64,000 nucleotides of DNA, taken from the NCBI GenBank assembly GCA_050575255.1, contig JBNZDD010013730.1, forward strand, positions 3,733,538 to 3,797,537, given 5' to 3'. A model generated the notes under the pieces. That model ran no database searches. It was not told the origin of the DNA and saw only the letters and a list, made by a program, of their open reading frames with translations. Below, piece after piece: positions 1 to 14,065 of the stretch. Both the position numbers and the translations under genes were made by a program. The DNA comes from Harriotta raleighana (lineage: Eukaryota). Every line of letters begins with the position of its first letter. Positions within the stretch are counted from its first letter, which is position 1.

Positions 1-554
1 AAAACATCTGTGTGATTACCTGAAATGTTTCAACTACCACAAACTAATTGATGTCAGTGGTAATGGGATTTAGTGAAAGATCTCCACAAATAACAGAACA
101 GAGAATAATATTGGCAATGCTATAAAGCACAGGCTTATATAGTCAATGCCCTTGTACAACAACATCATCTTTTATCTGTACTGACTTCTTGTGCAAAACC
201 TTGTACAGTGTTTGACTTTTGGTTTTAAAAAAGGATGAACAGCACAGAGTGTGTTCTTGATCTCCAGCACCTTGGGACGTCCTCCTGACGTGAAAGGCAC
301 GATACAAATGTAATTTTGTTGTTGTTATCCACAATAATCTGTAGCTATATCTCCAGTGTGATTATTTTGTTTAATGCAAGGATTGCTATTATTATTGTTA
401 ATAACACACAATGCCTTGCTTCTGCTCTACAACCACAGTAGTCATTTGAGCTCTATCAAATGTCAACCATTTCAAAAATCCTTTCTCTTATAAATTTGGA
501 ATAAAATGATTGCTAGACAATTGGCATAAAATAGACTCCAAGTTTCAGCTAACT

Positions 555-865
555 GAGTCCTGTACCTTACTGGTAAGAGCACTTGCCTTGTAAGTGAGAG
601 ACCTGGGTTCAATTCCAGGCAGGGCGAAACCTTGGGCAAATTTCCTTACTTCACACGCCTGAGAATAATCTCTCTCAAAAAAATAATAAATTGGTCATTT
701 CAATCCACAATTGTTTGTGGGACACTGCTGTGCACAATTGGCTACTGTGTTTCACCCACAAAATATTCAGTCGATTCACTTTACAGTATATTCTGTGAAG
801 CACTTTGAGACATCCAGAAGACGTGAAAATGTGCTATATCAAATTCAAGGATTATTATTATTATT
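555..865 (+). mobile_element. tRNA-derived SINE with Deu-like central domain and L2-type tail
   Basis: A/B-box head (tggtaagagc...ggttcaattcc), tgtgggacactgctgtgcacaattggct, tail tgtgaagcactttga...aaattcaagg(att)n. Confidence 0.85.
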
Positions 866-1021
866 AACTGAAAATCAACAAAGAAAAGGATTGTTCTGGT
901 AAACATGTTCCTTATGATAGAAGTTAAAGATAAATTATCGTTTTTCAGAAAATGATTGCATCAAAAAACCAAAACAAGTTTATTATGCCATTTGATTGAT
1001 ACAATCGACAAAACAAATGTC

Positions 1022-1272
1022 ATAATAATAATCCTTGCATTCGATATAGTGTTTTTCACATCTTCCTGACATCTCAAAGCACTGTACAGAATATACTGAA
1101 AATTGACTGCATATATGTGGGCGAATCGTGGCAGTCAATTGTGCAAGCAAACAGTCCCACAAACAGCCGTGTATTAAAATGACCAAATTCTTATTTATTT
1201 GAGGGATTATTATTAGTCGTGTGGAGCAAGGAAACTTACCCAAGGTTTCACCCTGCCTGGAATTGAGACCAC
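1022..1272 (-). mobile_element. Same SINE family, 5'-truncated, inverted relative to the 555-865 copy
   Basis: (aat)n ccttgcattcgatatag...cccacaaacag...ggaaacttacccaaggtttc. Confidence 0.85.
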
Positions 1273-3394
1273 GTCATTATTATAGAGTTCACTAAAGTAC
1301 AATTGAATCGTGTAATCTTATTTCATTATATTTTCGACTAGTTGACATATTTGCTATACAAGATGGACAATCAATTAAATAAAGCGCATGCATCACAAGC
1401 TGTGGAAAAGAATAGTTAGTTTAAAAGGAAAAACCTTACCAAATTAAAAATTCTACAATGAATTATAGTTAAAAATTATACGTCAAAGCAATGCAGTAAA
1501 CCAACAATGTGAAAAGTTGCTTTAAACTCTTTAGTCCTATATCAGTCTCTCAGTCCGTTATCTCGTCTCCTGAGATGTAATAGAAGTATGCTATTCTCCT
1601 TTATGTGTGAATGCATTTGGAATATAAACCTCCATCATTTTTGCATAAATGCCTTGGCTTACAGCTTCAGAGCTTATTCGGTGAGGGAAGTTTTTTTATT
1701 ATCTTGTTCACCCAATAATCAAGGCTACCCTTTAATTACATCACAAATGGCAATTAAATTCCACATGAAGATTTTCTATGTCTCATGCATTTTAATTAAC
1801 TTTTGCAATATATCACACGAATCCCACACATCCAAATGAAAAGGTACATTACTTATTTTTACATGTATTTTCCTTCACATTACAATAGGTAAAATTACAA
1901 ATGATGAACCTTTTTAAGACCTTTTCAGCTGAAACCACATAGCAACCTCTTTTCCTGTACCACACATATGGCACTGCCAAGCAGCCCTCTTGAATTATTT
2001 TCACTCAGCAAAGCCAAGGTAAGTTTGGAAACCAGTGAATAATTTATTATTTCCTTCTTTCTTGAAAGCAATCATCAACTATAAGCCACATTTACATTCC
2101 TTCCATGAGGGTGGGGGTGGAAGAGATCCTTTGACAACATACTGGAGATATTTTGGGCAATTGTTCACTGCAAGTTAATTTCAGAAAGCATGAAAAATTC
2201 ATGTTTGGTTCTTTGTTATCTTAAGCTTAAGTGTATAATGCATGATTAACACAATTACCTTGAAACGTCCGAAATGAGATTCAGACTTAAAACAGTAAAA
2301 TGCTGAAGGGAAGGCATAAGCCTTTTCAGCCATGAAATGATTTGTGTTTATATTTAAAGATTAAATACCCTTTGTTTCCCTGTGGAGATTTGTTTTTGAA
2401 TATTACTGGCCTATCTTACCACTTGTGGTACATACAGGTGTTGCCTCATTCACACAGTATTGCCACAAGGCATGCCCTGTGACAGTGGACTCAATGTTCT
2501 GAAAACCTTTCATCAAGAATGCTTCACATTTCCCATTGACAGTTTTGCTGACTTAGGTTGAAAGTTGCAGTTGGGCTGCTTGTAGATGCACCTGCCCTAC
2601 TTCTTTAACATTGCAATGAGTCATTGTTCAAGTGTACAGCGTGCTATAGTTTCACCTTGTTCTTCAGTGAACCTATGTATTTAGTGGCGAAAAGTTTGCT
2701 GAGCAAGTGGCAATGTGACTGTGAAGCTCGCCTTTAAGATCAACTTTGCCTCATGTTATTTTATCTTGCAAATTCACTCTCTAGGGGTCTTCAATGTATG
2801 ATTCACTAATCCTTCTATGGGTTTGAGATAGCTGATTTCTGCTACTTATTCAGAACACAAGCAATAAAACTTACCATGCAGCATTCAATCTAAATTGGTA
2901 GTAGGAACAATGTGGTAGGCTCGCAGAAAATTGTTGTTTCCAAACTTACCTTGTTTCAAGAATACTAGTAACTTCAGGAGCCTACATCAGAGGTATAATT
3001 GTCAGTTTGCCACAAGATTGCCTCCGAAACCTCTCTCTGGGAACATTGCTATTAAAGGGAAAGTATATTCAAGGAGAAGTCATTCGAGAAGTTCACGATA
3101 TTCCCCAATTTGCAGTTGAAAAAAAATGATGAACCTTCTTAGATTTGCTTTTCTCCTCGGTTGAGCTGTTCCAGTATATTTTGGAACAGTTTAGTATGTG
3201 TCCTGCAGTTAGTTGCACATTTTGAGAAAGGGATAGTCCAAAACCTGAACTTCCAAAATTGGCTGGTAGATATGGGGAAAAGCTAAACTAAACTGGTGAC
3301 AGTGATAAAATACACAAAGAATACAAAGTTAGAGGTTGCATCCAGATTTAGGGCATAATATAGATGCAACCAGATGCTATACAGATTCAGATTT

Positions 3395-3550
3395 AGGGCA
3401 TAATGGCTGAAAGCATGGCTGCCAATGGTGGAGCGGAGAGGACAAGGGATGTGCAGAAGACTAGTCAGCTGAGCAAATTCATCGGCTGGTTCAGTGAGGT
3501 GCAAGCAGATCCGAGAGGTTGGAGTTGCCAGGGCGTGAAGGGATTTAAAA
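3395..3550 (-). mobile_element. Old L2 fragment
   Basis: LLHIPCPLRSTIGSHAFSHYA remnant of the L2 ORF2 C-terminus. Confidence 0.55.
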
Positions 3551-6500
3551 TTTAAAAATGTAGTGGTGTTTTTTTCTGGTCAAAAATCCTGTGTAATTCC
3601 ATGCGTTTCTTTTCCAATTTTATTTGCAAACCGCTCAAGATTGGTGTGGCACATTATATAAACTAAAGGAGAAGAATATGCAAGATAGTTAGTTGCAGTA
3701 TCCAGCGAGCAGAATTTAAGAACACTATCATAAGATACATAAAGTAATGATGGCTCACATATCATTCAATGCAAACATACCAAAACATGAATCTGAAATT
3801 GTACTCCACAGTCCCCAATCTGTGAATCTACAGCATTATCATAAAATATAAATTCAGTTGATGTATTATAACAATTCAGATTTTGGTTGAGTTTTATTTT
3901 AAGTAAGATTTTTATAAGGAGATATCTTATGCCAGCAGTTAGTAGATTGAATACCTTATCTTTTTGGCAGATTATTATATAATCTCCCTCTAGATCCTCT
4001 TAAATGAACACAGGATTTGACCATGCATTTCACAAAAAAACGTTATTGTGTGGAAAACATATATAAATTGTTATTATGCATTCACTGCACATTAACTAAA
4101 AGGAAGTTTTATGGCAGTAAAATCATTGAAGTTGACTGTTAAAGGTAAAAATATTATAGATGAATGTCAAAGTTGTAAATATTTAACCAGTTTACACCCT
4201 AAGCACATTCATATTTAATCGGATTTCTGTTTCGATTCATTGCGGAGAATAGGACTGAAATAATGATGGCCGTTTAGCACTGGCATCAGTTTCAAGTTAT
4301 GACTTTGGTAAATAAAGTGCTTGTATTGGGGGGGGGGGGGTATCTCTTTAGAGAGCTAATTTAAGGTGAATAAATGAGGATCCAGTAAACACAGTACAAT
4401 GAAATCCCAAAGTTACCTGTTAGAGAAAATAAAGCACCAATATTGCTTGTCTATAGGGATGGAAGAGCAGCTCCTAAATCACTTGATGCAGAATATCTGC
4501 TGGTGCTGCTATTAGGATGGACAGGTGCCTATCATTCCTACCTTGGAAGAACAGCCTTTGGATTTTGCTATGTTTGTACAACTAAACACCTGGGACATGG
4601 CTGAATCATAGACTGTTAGAGATTAGGACTATTAGGGAAGTAATGCTTCAAAGAATCATTATGAATTCATATTCTTCTAAACCGATGATTCTAATTGACT
4701 GTTTTTTAAATAAATATCTGCACAAGTGTTATGGTTATGCAGTATATTCATGCATTTATGTTAAAACTACATATTTTATAATGAGAAACAAATCAGAAAT
4801 TGCCTCAAGATCAGATTGCTCGAAGGCAGATCTGGGCAATGCTTATGTTCCTGGAATACCTCTGGGTTTTTTCAGTACTTTAGAATAGACAAAATCTAGA
4901 ATATCCTATATCTGCTATATTAGATTTGAATACTAGGTTCTGTAATGGAGAGCATTCATTAAAGATTAATTTATAAAGGCAAAATCTTCACATGCTTTTT
5001 TTTTTGCTGCCAAATAAAACATCGACTACGTATTTGCTAATGAAACATTAACCCCCATCTCTTGGTAACATTTATCACACTGTAAAAGTGAGATTTTGTT
5101 CCTTTGAGTATATGGAAAATAAAACACTTTATTGACTAATGCACTGAGGCACTCTGAGAGCACTGTGAGATGCTGCCGGCATGGAGATATTATATAAGTG
5201 CAAGTTGTTGTTGTTGACTAGTAGTATTTCCACCCTCTAGTATATAAGACATTTAAACTATAGTGCGCTTCTCTATAGCAGTCAAAATTTGTTTGCGACT
5301 TCAAGTGTTATGTTAATGCATTGTACTTGGGTTTACAAAAGATGAAGCCCTGGATGAACAAACTATTTTAGCAAGAGGTCATACATGATTATTTATCGCA
5401 GTAATATATTAATACTCACCTATTGGCACTCTTTAATTTCACATTCTTTAAACTCTCAGCTAAATATTACATTTAATTTTCTACATATACAGGATCATTG
5501 TCTTATTTTCTAGTATGTTACATATTTTAAACAAATCCTTCTGAGTTTTAATGGGATGGTACAGTGGTAATTAACCATTCCATCACTATAGACAAAGGAA
5601 TTTAGGTATGTAGAGATGAACTGCATTTTCATCATCTTCAAGTTAATGAAGTCAAATATAATGTTCAATTTGAAAAGGCTAATCCATATGTGTTATGAAA
5701 ATTAGATACTGAGCTGGATTTTTTTCCGAACTGAATGATAAACTGTGTACAGTAGTTACAATTAGCAAAACTCAAATTGTATTTTTTTCCAATTCAAACA
5801 CTAGTCTTGGAGCCTGTAGACATCTCCTCAAAACTGTACCCATATCTAGAGCCAGGAGTGCTGATGGTTAACTTCATCCTATCTTGTTTGCTAAGAGGCA
5901 AGCAATCTGGCTTGAACTCTCCCTCAAATGATCTTACTTTGCTTCACAGCTGTATCTCCGATGAACATGGCACCATGCAGCGCTCTAACGTAATGTACAA
6001 TATCACACTCGTTGACTGTAGTACCTTGATTTTGCATTTTAAAAATCAATAGCTGCACGGAAACATGTTACTTTTGATTCCAGCGAATAGTGCGGAAAAG
6101 CAGAGATTTCAAAATGCAGCAGACATACAACTGGAATAAAAATACAACTCTATTAGCAACGAGCGAGAACACCATGAAGCCATAGTGAAGCCCCCATGAT
6201 CCTGCTGTGATCTTACATTCATCAGCAGTAACTTTTCCTTTATGTAAAAATATTTCTGCATTCCTGGCGTTAGAATAGCAACAGCCTATAAAACATAATC
6301 TCTCCTCTCCAGGTAGGTGAGTTTTCATGACTGTTATCAGTCTAAATTATAGACAGTGGCAGACAGAAGCACTGGAATAGAAGTCTTTTCTGGTCTGACT
6401 GCAAATCTGTATAGATGTAACTAACCACGAACAAAGAACAGCGAGTTTGACCATGAACAGAAGAACATCAATGCGAATACCAAGTTCCATGGGACGCTGA

Positions 6501-7493
6501 AGAAAATCTGTAATGTCTGCAAGAAGGGACTGGGAACTAAAGCTGCTGAACAGTCAGTATTTTGAGCTTTCTGAGAAACAAACATTTCGAGACAGAAAGA
6601 GAGAAAATAGACAAATGGACACTATAATGAATTATTTCACTTTGTTCAGGGTTTAGATGGGCAGCTGAGGTCCCCAGGCCACAGTCTAAAACTTGAGACT
6701 CCACTGACTTTCAATAAAGTGAGTCCACAGGCTGACTGCAATACAAGCTGCAACATGAGAAACATGTTACTTTGAAATGTTTAAACTTAAAACTGTAAAA
6801 AATGGAGCTTATGGAGAAATGGGCAAGGGGAAGCCCCTTGCCACCAACACTGACAGAACCACCTCAAACTCAAACAGACAGTCTTAGACCTCACAATAAG
6901 AAAAACCCTCAATACACAACAGAAACTTCAGATGAAACCACATCTAACTTTTAGTTTGTTTGGACTTGTGAAACAAAATACTATACTCCCAGAAAGTGCC
7001 ACCAGTCCTCATCTCCAAGTGAAGATTGATGTCTGGCGGTAAAGTCATAAAATAGTAATAAAAATAATACCTTGAAAGAACTATTGCGGGATTTTGCTGC
7101 CAGTTCTTCCAGGCTTTGTGTTGATGATATTAGTCTTACTAATGGAAATATTTTGGCACCTCAAGGTATGTGTCCAGCTGCAGTGCAGTTAGTCAAAGTT
7201 TAAGGGGAATCAGGGAAAGTAACTGTGCACATTTTATATGAATTTTTTCCCACAAATTAAATATATTGTGTAAACCGTTTTATCTAGAAGACGTGAAAAG
7301 CGCTATATCAAATGCAAGGATTATTATTTTAAGTACAGAAATTGTATGAAATAACAGCTCACACCAGTAAAAATGTCAATTAATAAACTGTTTGATTACA
7401 AAACGTTTTTTTAAATGTTTTTTCAGTAGTGCTTTGTTATTATTATGCTAAAACCTCTGACACACCTCCCTAAGATAACACGTTCCCCTTATA

Positions 7494-7720
7494 GGAATCT
7501 TGCAGCTTAGTGGTTACAGCACTCATCTCGCAAATGAGAGGATCTGGGTTTGATTCTCCGGCAGGGCAAAGCGCCTGTTAACCTAGCGATAAGTAGGAAC
7601 CTGGATGTTAGTCGATTGGCAGATCACTTTTCTGGCTGTAATAAGTAAAAATAATTATTTGGTCATTCAATCCATGTCTATTTGTGGGACACTGCTGAAT
7701 GCAATTGGCTGATGCATTTC
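7494..7720 (+). mobile_element. Diverged tRNA-derived SINE
   Basis: gcttagtggttacagcactc head; tgtgggacactgctg...caattggct core. Confidence 0.7.
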
Positions 7721-9109
7721 TTTTGACTTAACACATCCTTCTAGTCCTATATTTCACATTACCAGCACAGCAGCTTCACCTTAAAGTCTTTACTGTGAAT
7801 ATGATTCTTCAGACATAATTTCCACATATCCACTGGATTTAGGAAAATTCTAACTTCATGTTGTTCTGTATTGTTGCTTTGCTTTATTCAGCATCACACC
7901 TATTTTTTTGCTATCATTAAGTAAGTTAGTCACTTCGTATTTTACTTACTCTTCTTGTGTTTAAGTGCCACAGAAATGTATTTAATTACATCTAACATGG
8001 TGAACAATGGATCGAATTGTTGTCAAATAGTATCTCACTGTAATAATACAAATTTTGGAGAGGTTTTAGATGCTAATCATTTCTATGTGAAGAATTACAC
8101 CTATACTGCCCTCTACCAGCTGCTTGAGGTATTGCCTTGGGTAGTCTTGAAAGCAGAATTTTTTCACTGGGGCCAATTATGACAGGAGGGAGGGAAACAA
8201 ACATTACTTTAGTTCAGTTATGTTCAATCAAAATGAATATGAAAAAATAGTTCAGACTGTTTGTTAGAACAGTGCTTCTTGCTTAAATCTGTACAATAAT
8301 TGGAAACTGACTGCTGTGAAAGACCTAGAACTGAAATAAACCACATCACCTGCAATTTGATGAAGTTTAAAGCTACAGAATAGACCTTTAAATGAAAAGT
8401 TATTGATTTTCTATGCAGAACTAAACCTCCCTCTTTAACATTACGTGAGTGGTATTAATATCAAGAATTATGCCATTTAATAATTCACACCTTTCACTCT
8501 GAAAATAGTCATTTAAATAATGATCATTGCTGAGTGATTATCAAGAATATTATGATTGAACTTTATTCAATTGAACTTCACAGGATGGAAAAGGGGTGTA
8601 AAGAAGTAGCAGAATATTAGATGAATCAGTCGCAACATAAAATGAATTAAAATTAGAACTCTTAACAGTGTTACTTGGGAAAGATCAATTTTTAATACCT
8701 TATCCAGTGATTGCCACGTTAGATTGTTTACAGCAGCATTTTTGTAAAAGGAGAAACATTGCAACAACTTGCATTTATATATCACCCATCACACAGGATA
8801 CTATTTTGGGAGTACCTGTACTGAACAATGTAGGGCTGGGTGGGGAGTGGCTGGCAGGAAATTAAATGTAGTGGCAAATAGTATTGGCACACATTTATTC
8901 TATGTAAAAATCTATTATTTCTGTAATTTACCTTTTGAGCCTGACTGTGTGCAATAGAATTGTGACATTGGCCACAAGGTGGTGGTATGTAATAATAGTT
9001 TAGTGCTCATCCTCCACTTTGAGCAGATTTGGGACTATTTCTACACAGAACTAATATAAATACTGTATCAAGGAATTGTTGCAACCTTCACTATGATAAA
9101 CTAACATCT

Positions 9110-9198
9110 AGTGAAACCGAACTTTGAACCATAACACTGATTCAAACCCAAACAGTGCTGATTTGAATCAGTGTTATGGTTCCAAGTTCAGTTTTATT
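9110..9198. repeat. Near-perfect inverted repeat (33-bp arms, 15-nt spacer)
   Basis: 9114-9146 vs 9162-9194: 31/33 complementary. Confidence 0.9.
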
Positions 9199-11409
9199 CG
9201 ATTCAATTTTAATGCTGCTGTTATTTCTTGAAATGAAAGAGCTACAAATTCATCTCTTTTCTTCATTAAAACCAAAAGAATCTTGCACCTACTGATGTTG
9301 AGCTTTCTGGATGTAAGTGGCTAATAGGAGACTCTAAACTACTGGGGTAATAAGTAAAAGGTCCTTATGAGATGCTTAATTGTCAGGAATACTAGGCTTC
9401 ACTGCTTTAATAAGAGCAAGCTCTTTGGCTTTATCTATCTGTCCAGCTGGTTCTCTAGAACCATACTCTACATGGCCCGATTTATAATTAAATCTAATTA
9501 CATCAACAGGACTTATAAACAAGTCGAATATAAGGATTATTGTGACTGGAACATTATTATTACTATTTGGTGGTATTAAACAGCAAGGTTACATGTTAAT
9601 TTGAGGGCTCTGCATTATATTCAAATGAGGTCCACTTAGCTCTCATAGAGACCAGACTGTATAGCTCTGGCAATTAAAAATATGCAGTCGTACTAAGTGT
9701 TACCGTTTGGTTTCAATAGGCCACCATTTGAGATGTAGTCCACAAATGAATTACTTCTCAGTCCTCAGCCTTTTAATTCATTGCTGTCATCCCCAGCCTT
9801 TCCTTCGTTCACTCCGATCCATTTCATACAACAATCCATATCCTCTAACATCATTGTGGAGTATTCCTAGACAATTCTGAGGAAAATAATCATAGGTTTA
9901 CTTTATTGTTATCTGTGATATCTGTCCAGTCACTGATTGAAAGTGCACTTCATGCTCGCCCTGTTTGGGTGAACAAAAAGTAGGAATTGTGACCCCTTAA
10001 CTGACATGCCTAACTGCTCAGTTTTTTTGAGTTGGCATCTTAAAACTGTTCCTCACTTTGTCATACCAGGATGTGATAGTAGGACTGAATCTGAGTGAGA
10101 GTGAGCAATTGAGTTGTTCTCCACAGCGAAAATGGCACCAAGGCATTACGATTTTGCAACTTGAAATCACAGATATGTGCCTTGTTTCAACAAGTGCCGC
10201 TCGCTATTGAGATGTCAGATTGATCTCAAAGGAGATCCTAATTTTAGAATACTGTAATGCTCTCAAGCAGGAGCAAAGAAAATATTGGCCATCATCAGGA
10301 ATCATATCGAAAGTCTTGTGCAATGATCTGATAATCCCAATTAACCATCTTTTGTTTTAGAAATCGCATTTGCAGTGATTTTTTTCACATTTACAAGCTT
10401 GAAACCATATTTTTATCTCCCTAGATGAGTTGTTTTTCCATCTCTGTGCAGGTCAATTAGTACTTTTGAGGTTACTGATAAGACAATAGGGAATATGTAA
10501 TATATATTCACCCAGAGGTGAGTCTACATTCTGCTGCTGAATTGTTGGAAGACCCTTTGACGTACTTTAAAGGGTCTGCCTGGAGGCGATTCATATATGA
10601 GGGAGGTTCTGTATCAGGTGTTCAGAGCACAAACCAGCCTTTATACTTCCCCAAGGGCGTTGTGGAAGAAGATGTGCACCTACTTAAGAAGGCCACAGAC
10701 ACATGTACTATTTTGGGAACAAAATACACTCTGATCTGTTTTCTATGTGTAACATTATGCAGTAGTTGAGCAGTTTGTATAGCAGATAGATTCCCATTGA
10801 ACCATATCTCTGTGTGTTACTGGATCAAGAGAGAACATTTGGGAAAGGCATTTATAAAAAGATATCATTCACATTTCGATTCACTCATATTATGTTTGTT
10901 GATATGCACAAAATTATATCAGCCAGAAATATTTTAAAGCAAAATAACTTCAGTCAACTTTACAAATTTTTAATAGTAATAAAATACAACTTAGTTACAA
11001 CTTACTCTTGAAACACATTTTAAATCTTAGCACCTTGAGAGTGTATTGTATGGAAACAAAGTGTAAAGATATTAATCTCAAATTGCAAACAAGAATAAGC
11101 AACTCTGCTTAAACAGTACATTACTGGAGTTTAATCAACAGTAATAGTGCACCTATGACCTACTGCAAAAACATGAAAGGGCTAGACAATTAATATTTAA
11201 TCCTATTTCAAAGTTGAGGAGGTAGCTGGTCACAATTTAGAAATTATCGGTAGCATAAAATGCAATCACTTTAGAATCGCAAGTGAAGGATTTCAAACCG
11301 AAACAGTGGTTGGTAAACCCTGCAGAAAGAACGACACCAATTAAGAGCATGTTATGGTAGCCATTAGGGCCACTATCCACAGAAATATAGATTTGGTCAC
11401 ACTTATATA

Positions 11410-12000
11410 CAGTAAAAGTCCATTTATCTGTGTCCCGATGAACCGGAAGACCCGTACAACCGGCACATCAAAAAAAAAGTCCCGATTCGATAAACCGGAA
11501 GTTATCCGGGTGAATAGCGCTGGCGCATTTAATGAATCGATTGTCACATGCGAGTACAGTGCAGGTATGTCAGCTTGCCACTAGGGGAGCCTGAAAATCT
11601 CACTGCCGTTTTTTTTCCCCTCCTGTGGCAGCCGCCATTGCAGAAATATGAAAAATAAAGTACTAATACAATATTCTGTTATTATAGTATCTGTTATTAT
11701 TGTATTTAGTCTATTATTTATATGGTACAGTGTACAACATTTACAATAAATTACCCATACAATATTCTGTTATTACAGTATGTTATTACTGTATTTAGTC
11801 TTATTTATATGGTTCAGTGTACAACATTTACAAAAAAGTACCCATACAACATTGTTATTATGTTATTATTTAGTCTATTATTAATATAGTATGTGTTAAA
11901 ATAATTTTTAATTAAAAAAAATTAAAAACTGTTTAACCAGAAAGCCATTTAACTCGCACTGGCCAGGTCCTATGGGTGCCGGATAAACGGGCTTTTACTG
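11410..12000. mobile_element. Non-autonomous Tigger/pogo-type DNA transposon
   Basis: TIRs CAGTAAAAGTCCATTTATC / GATAAACGGGCTTTTACTG; TA on both flanks; internal ~80-bp AT-rich direct repeats. Confidence 0.88.
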
Positions 12001-12177
12001 TATATAGAAAGTGCTGTATTAGAAACATGGGAATTTTTTTTATTCACTCCATTTTAATACCCAATATACAAGCAATATTTGCCCACTGATCAAAATGCAA
12101 ATAACAAAGGAGATTTGTTGCCGTTCAATTGTTCATAAAACAGACAGTTAAATACATAGTTTATGCATGTAAAATCC

Positions 12178-12183
12178 TTTATT
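12178..12183 (-). terminator. Candidate ZNF326 polyadenylation signal AATAAA
   Basis: ~700 nt after the stop, followed by U/GU-rich sequence on the minus strand. Confidence 0.45.
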
Positions 12184-12883
12184 GCCACTGATAGCACTTA
12201 CAAAGGAATACAGGTCAACATCAATGAATAGATGATCAAGGCAGACTGACTTTACAGTAGCTTAAACAAGTAACTAAGCAAGAACTTTCAATGTGAACCA
12301 GGATTCAATTACCAAACTAGTTCGGACATAAGTTGATAAGTAAAACTACAATATGTTCCTCACATTACTAAACTAATCAACAAATAAGCACAAAGTAATC
12401 ACTACCAAGTTCTAAAAAGTACTTATACTAGAATGGATAAAATGAAGTGATCTTGTTTTTAAAAAAATTCAGCAAACATTGCCCTTTCAGCATTAGAGGA
12501 ACCAAAATACATAGCTGCACACATTTCTCATCTCTACCACCACTATTTCTTCCCTTTCCACCTAGATTATTCATCACTTAACATAGTTTTTTTTTCCAAG
12601 TTGTCTTTCAATTGAGAGGTAATTTTTTTTTTCAAAATTATTTTGGTTTAATACATGGTTATTCATGGAGAGCAATCACTAAATTTGTTTTCAAAAGATA
12701 AACACTGATGGAGAGAGACAGCATAAAAAGCAATTTGATGACAATCAGCCATGAAATATTAATAATTACACAACAGTATTGGTGCAGCATTGCAAACCAA
12801 ATGGGGGTCTTACTACCTTACCTCATCACTGCTGTATTTTACAGGTTCACAATTTATGAAATTAAACACCCATTCTGAAGATA

Positions 12884-13078
12884 CTACTGGCTGCTTGGGT
12901 CATTTGATTCATCTGCTATACCAGCCTTTTCTTCATCTTCCTGTTCCTGTTCCTGCTCTTGCTCCTTCTCCATTTCATCTTCTTCTTCCTGTGGCTCTTC
13001 TTGAGGCTGTGACTGCTCCTGTTCCAGTTCTTGCTCCTGTTCTTGCTCCTGATTAATAGTTTCAAAGGGATTTTCACC
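12884..13078 (-). CDS. ZNF326: ZNF326 last coding exon (GENPF + Glu/Gln-rich acidic tail). The 12 exons sum to 1671 nt = 556 aa + stop
   Basis: acacag|GGT GAA AAT CCC TTT; EQ dipeptide repeats; TAG stop. Confidence 0.92.
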   Translation of the reverse strand, partial: GENPFETINQEQEQEQELEQEQSQPQEEPQEEEDEMEKEQEQEQEQEDEEKAGIADESNDPSSQ

Positions 13079-13194
13079 CTGTGTACAAGTGGGGAGAAAA
13101 AGTGAATATGAAGGTATTTCAAAAATCACATCCTCCAAATTTACTTGTTGTTCTCAAGTAGTTTTACACTTTTGTGGTGCAAAATCTCTCTTAC

Positions 13195-13290
13195 CTTTAA
13201 GAACAGATCAAATTTAGCTTTTACAGTTGGGTTGTTCAGCATGCTACTGGCTGTCAGCAGACTCTCCCTTCTGACCTGGTCATGGTAATT
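13195..13290 (-). CDS. ZNF326: ZNF326 exon (NYHDQVRRESLLTASSMLNNPTVKAKFDLFLK)
   Basis: tttaag|...AAG|gtaaga, 96 nt. RES-LTA-S-LNNP-VKA motif. Confidence 0.93.
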
Positions 13291-13394
13291 CTTAAAGAAA
13301 AAAAAATTGAAAGTCCTTTAATGCCACAGTCTCTACCTGCGTTTAAGCCTCACTATTATTCTTTCATTTATAACTAGATGGTAGAAACAAGCTC

Positions 13395-13722
13395 ATAATA
13401 ATAATAATCCTTGCATTTGATATAGCGCTTTTCACATCTTATCAACGTCCCAAAGCGCTTCACAGAATATACTGTAAAGTGAATTGACTGTATATTTGTG
13501 GGCGGAACGTGGCAGCCAATTGCGCACAGCAGTGTCCCACAAACAGTCATAGATTGAAATGACCAATTTTATTATTGTGGTTTTTTTGGAGGGATTATTA
13601 TTAGGCCTGTGGAGTAAGGAAACTTGCCCAAGGTTTCGCCCTGATCTGCCTGGATTCGAACACAGGTCTCACGCTTGTAAGGCATGTAAGGCGAGTGCTC
13701 TAACCACTGAGCCACAGGAGCT
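13395..13722 (-). mobile_element. Full-length young SINE in a ZNF326 intron
   Basis: Complete head gagctcctgtggctcagtggttagagcac to (att)n tail; carries a 9-bp duplication in the anticodon arm. Confidence 0.92.
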
Positions 13723-13934
13723 CATAGGCCAAGTATGAAAGTTAATACATCTTACTATGATCTTCATTTTAGCAAATTCTGTTTAAATTCCGTTTTAATG
13801 ATATTGTGATAATTAATGTGTTTTTTTTATTAATGAAAACAATCCAATTCAAATTCAGTCATGAGATGCAAATTGAAATTTTTCCAAAACAGAAATCATC
13901 TTTATAAATAAATACACAGGAACACTAAACATAC

Positions 13935-14065
13935 CTTCTTGCTATTTATATGCTCATTCGATTTCAAATGTTGTTGCACAGAGTGGAATAAGAAGGGGAT
14001 GTAGGTGTTACACACTGCACACTGAACAGCCTCAACCCTTTTCATTTGATCGTCCGACGTGACTC
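13935..14065 (-). CDS. ZNF326: ZNF326 exon, second zinc finger (GVTSDDQMKRVEAVQCAVCNTYIP...HLKSNEH)
   Basis: aataag|...AAG|gtatgt, 131 nt. Confidence 0.93.
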
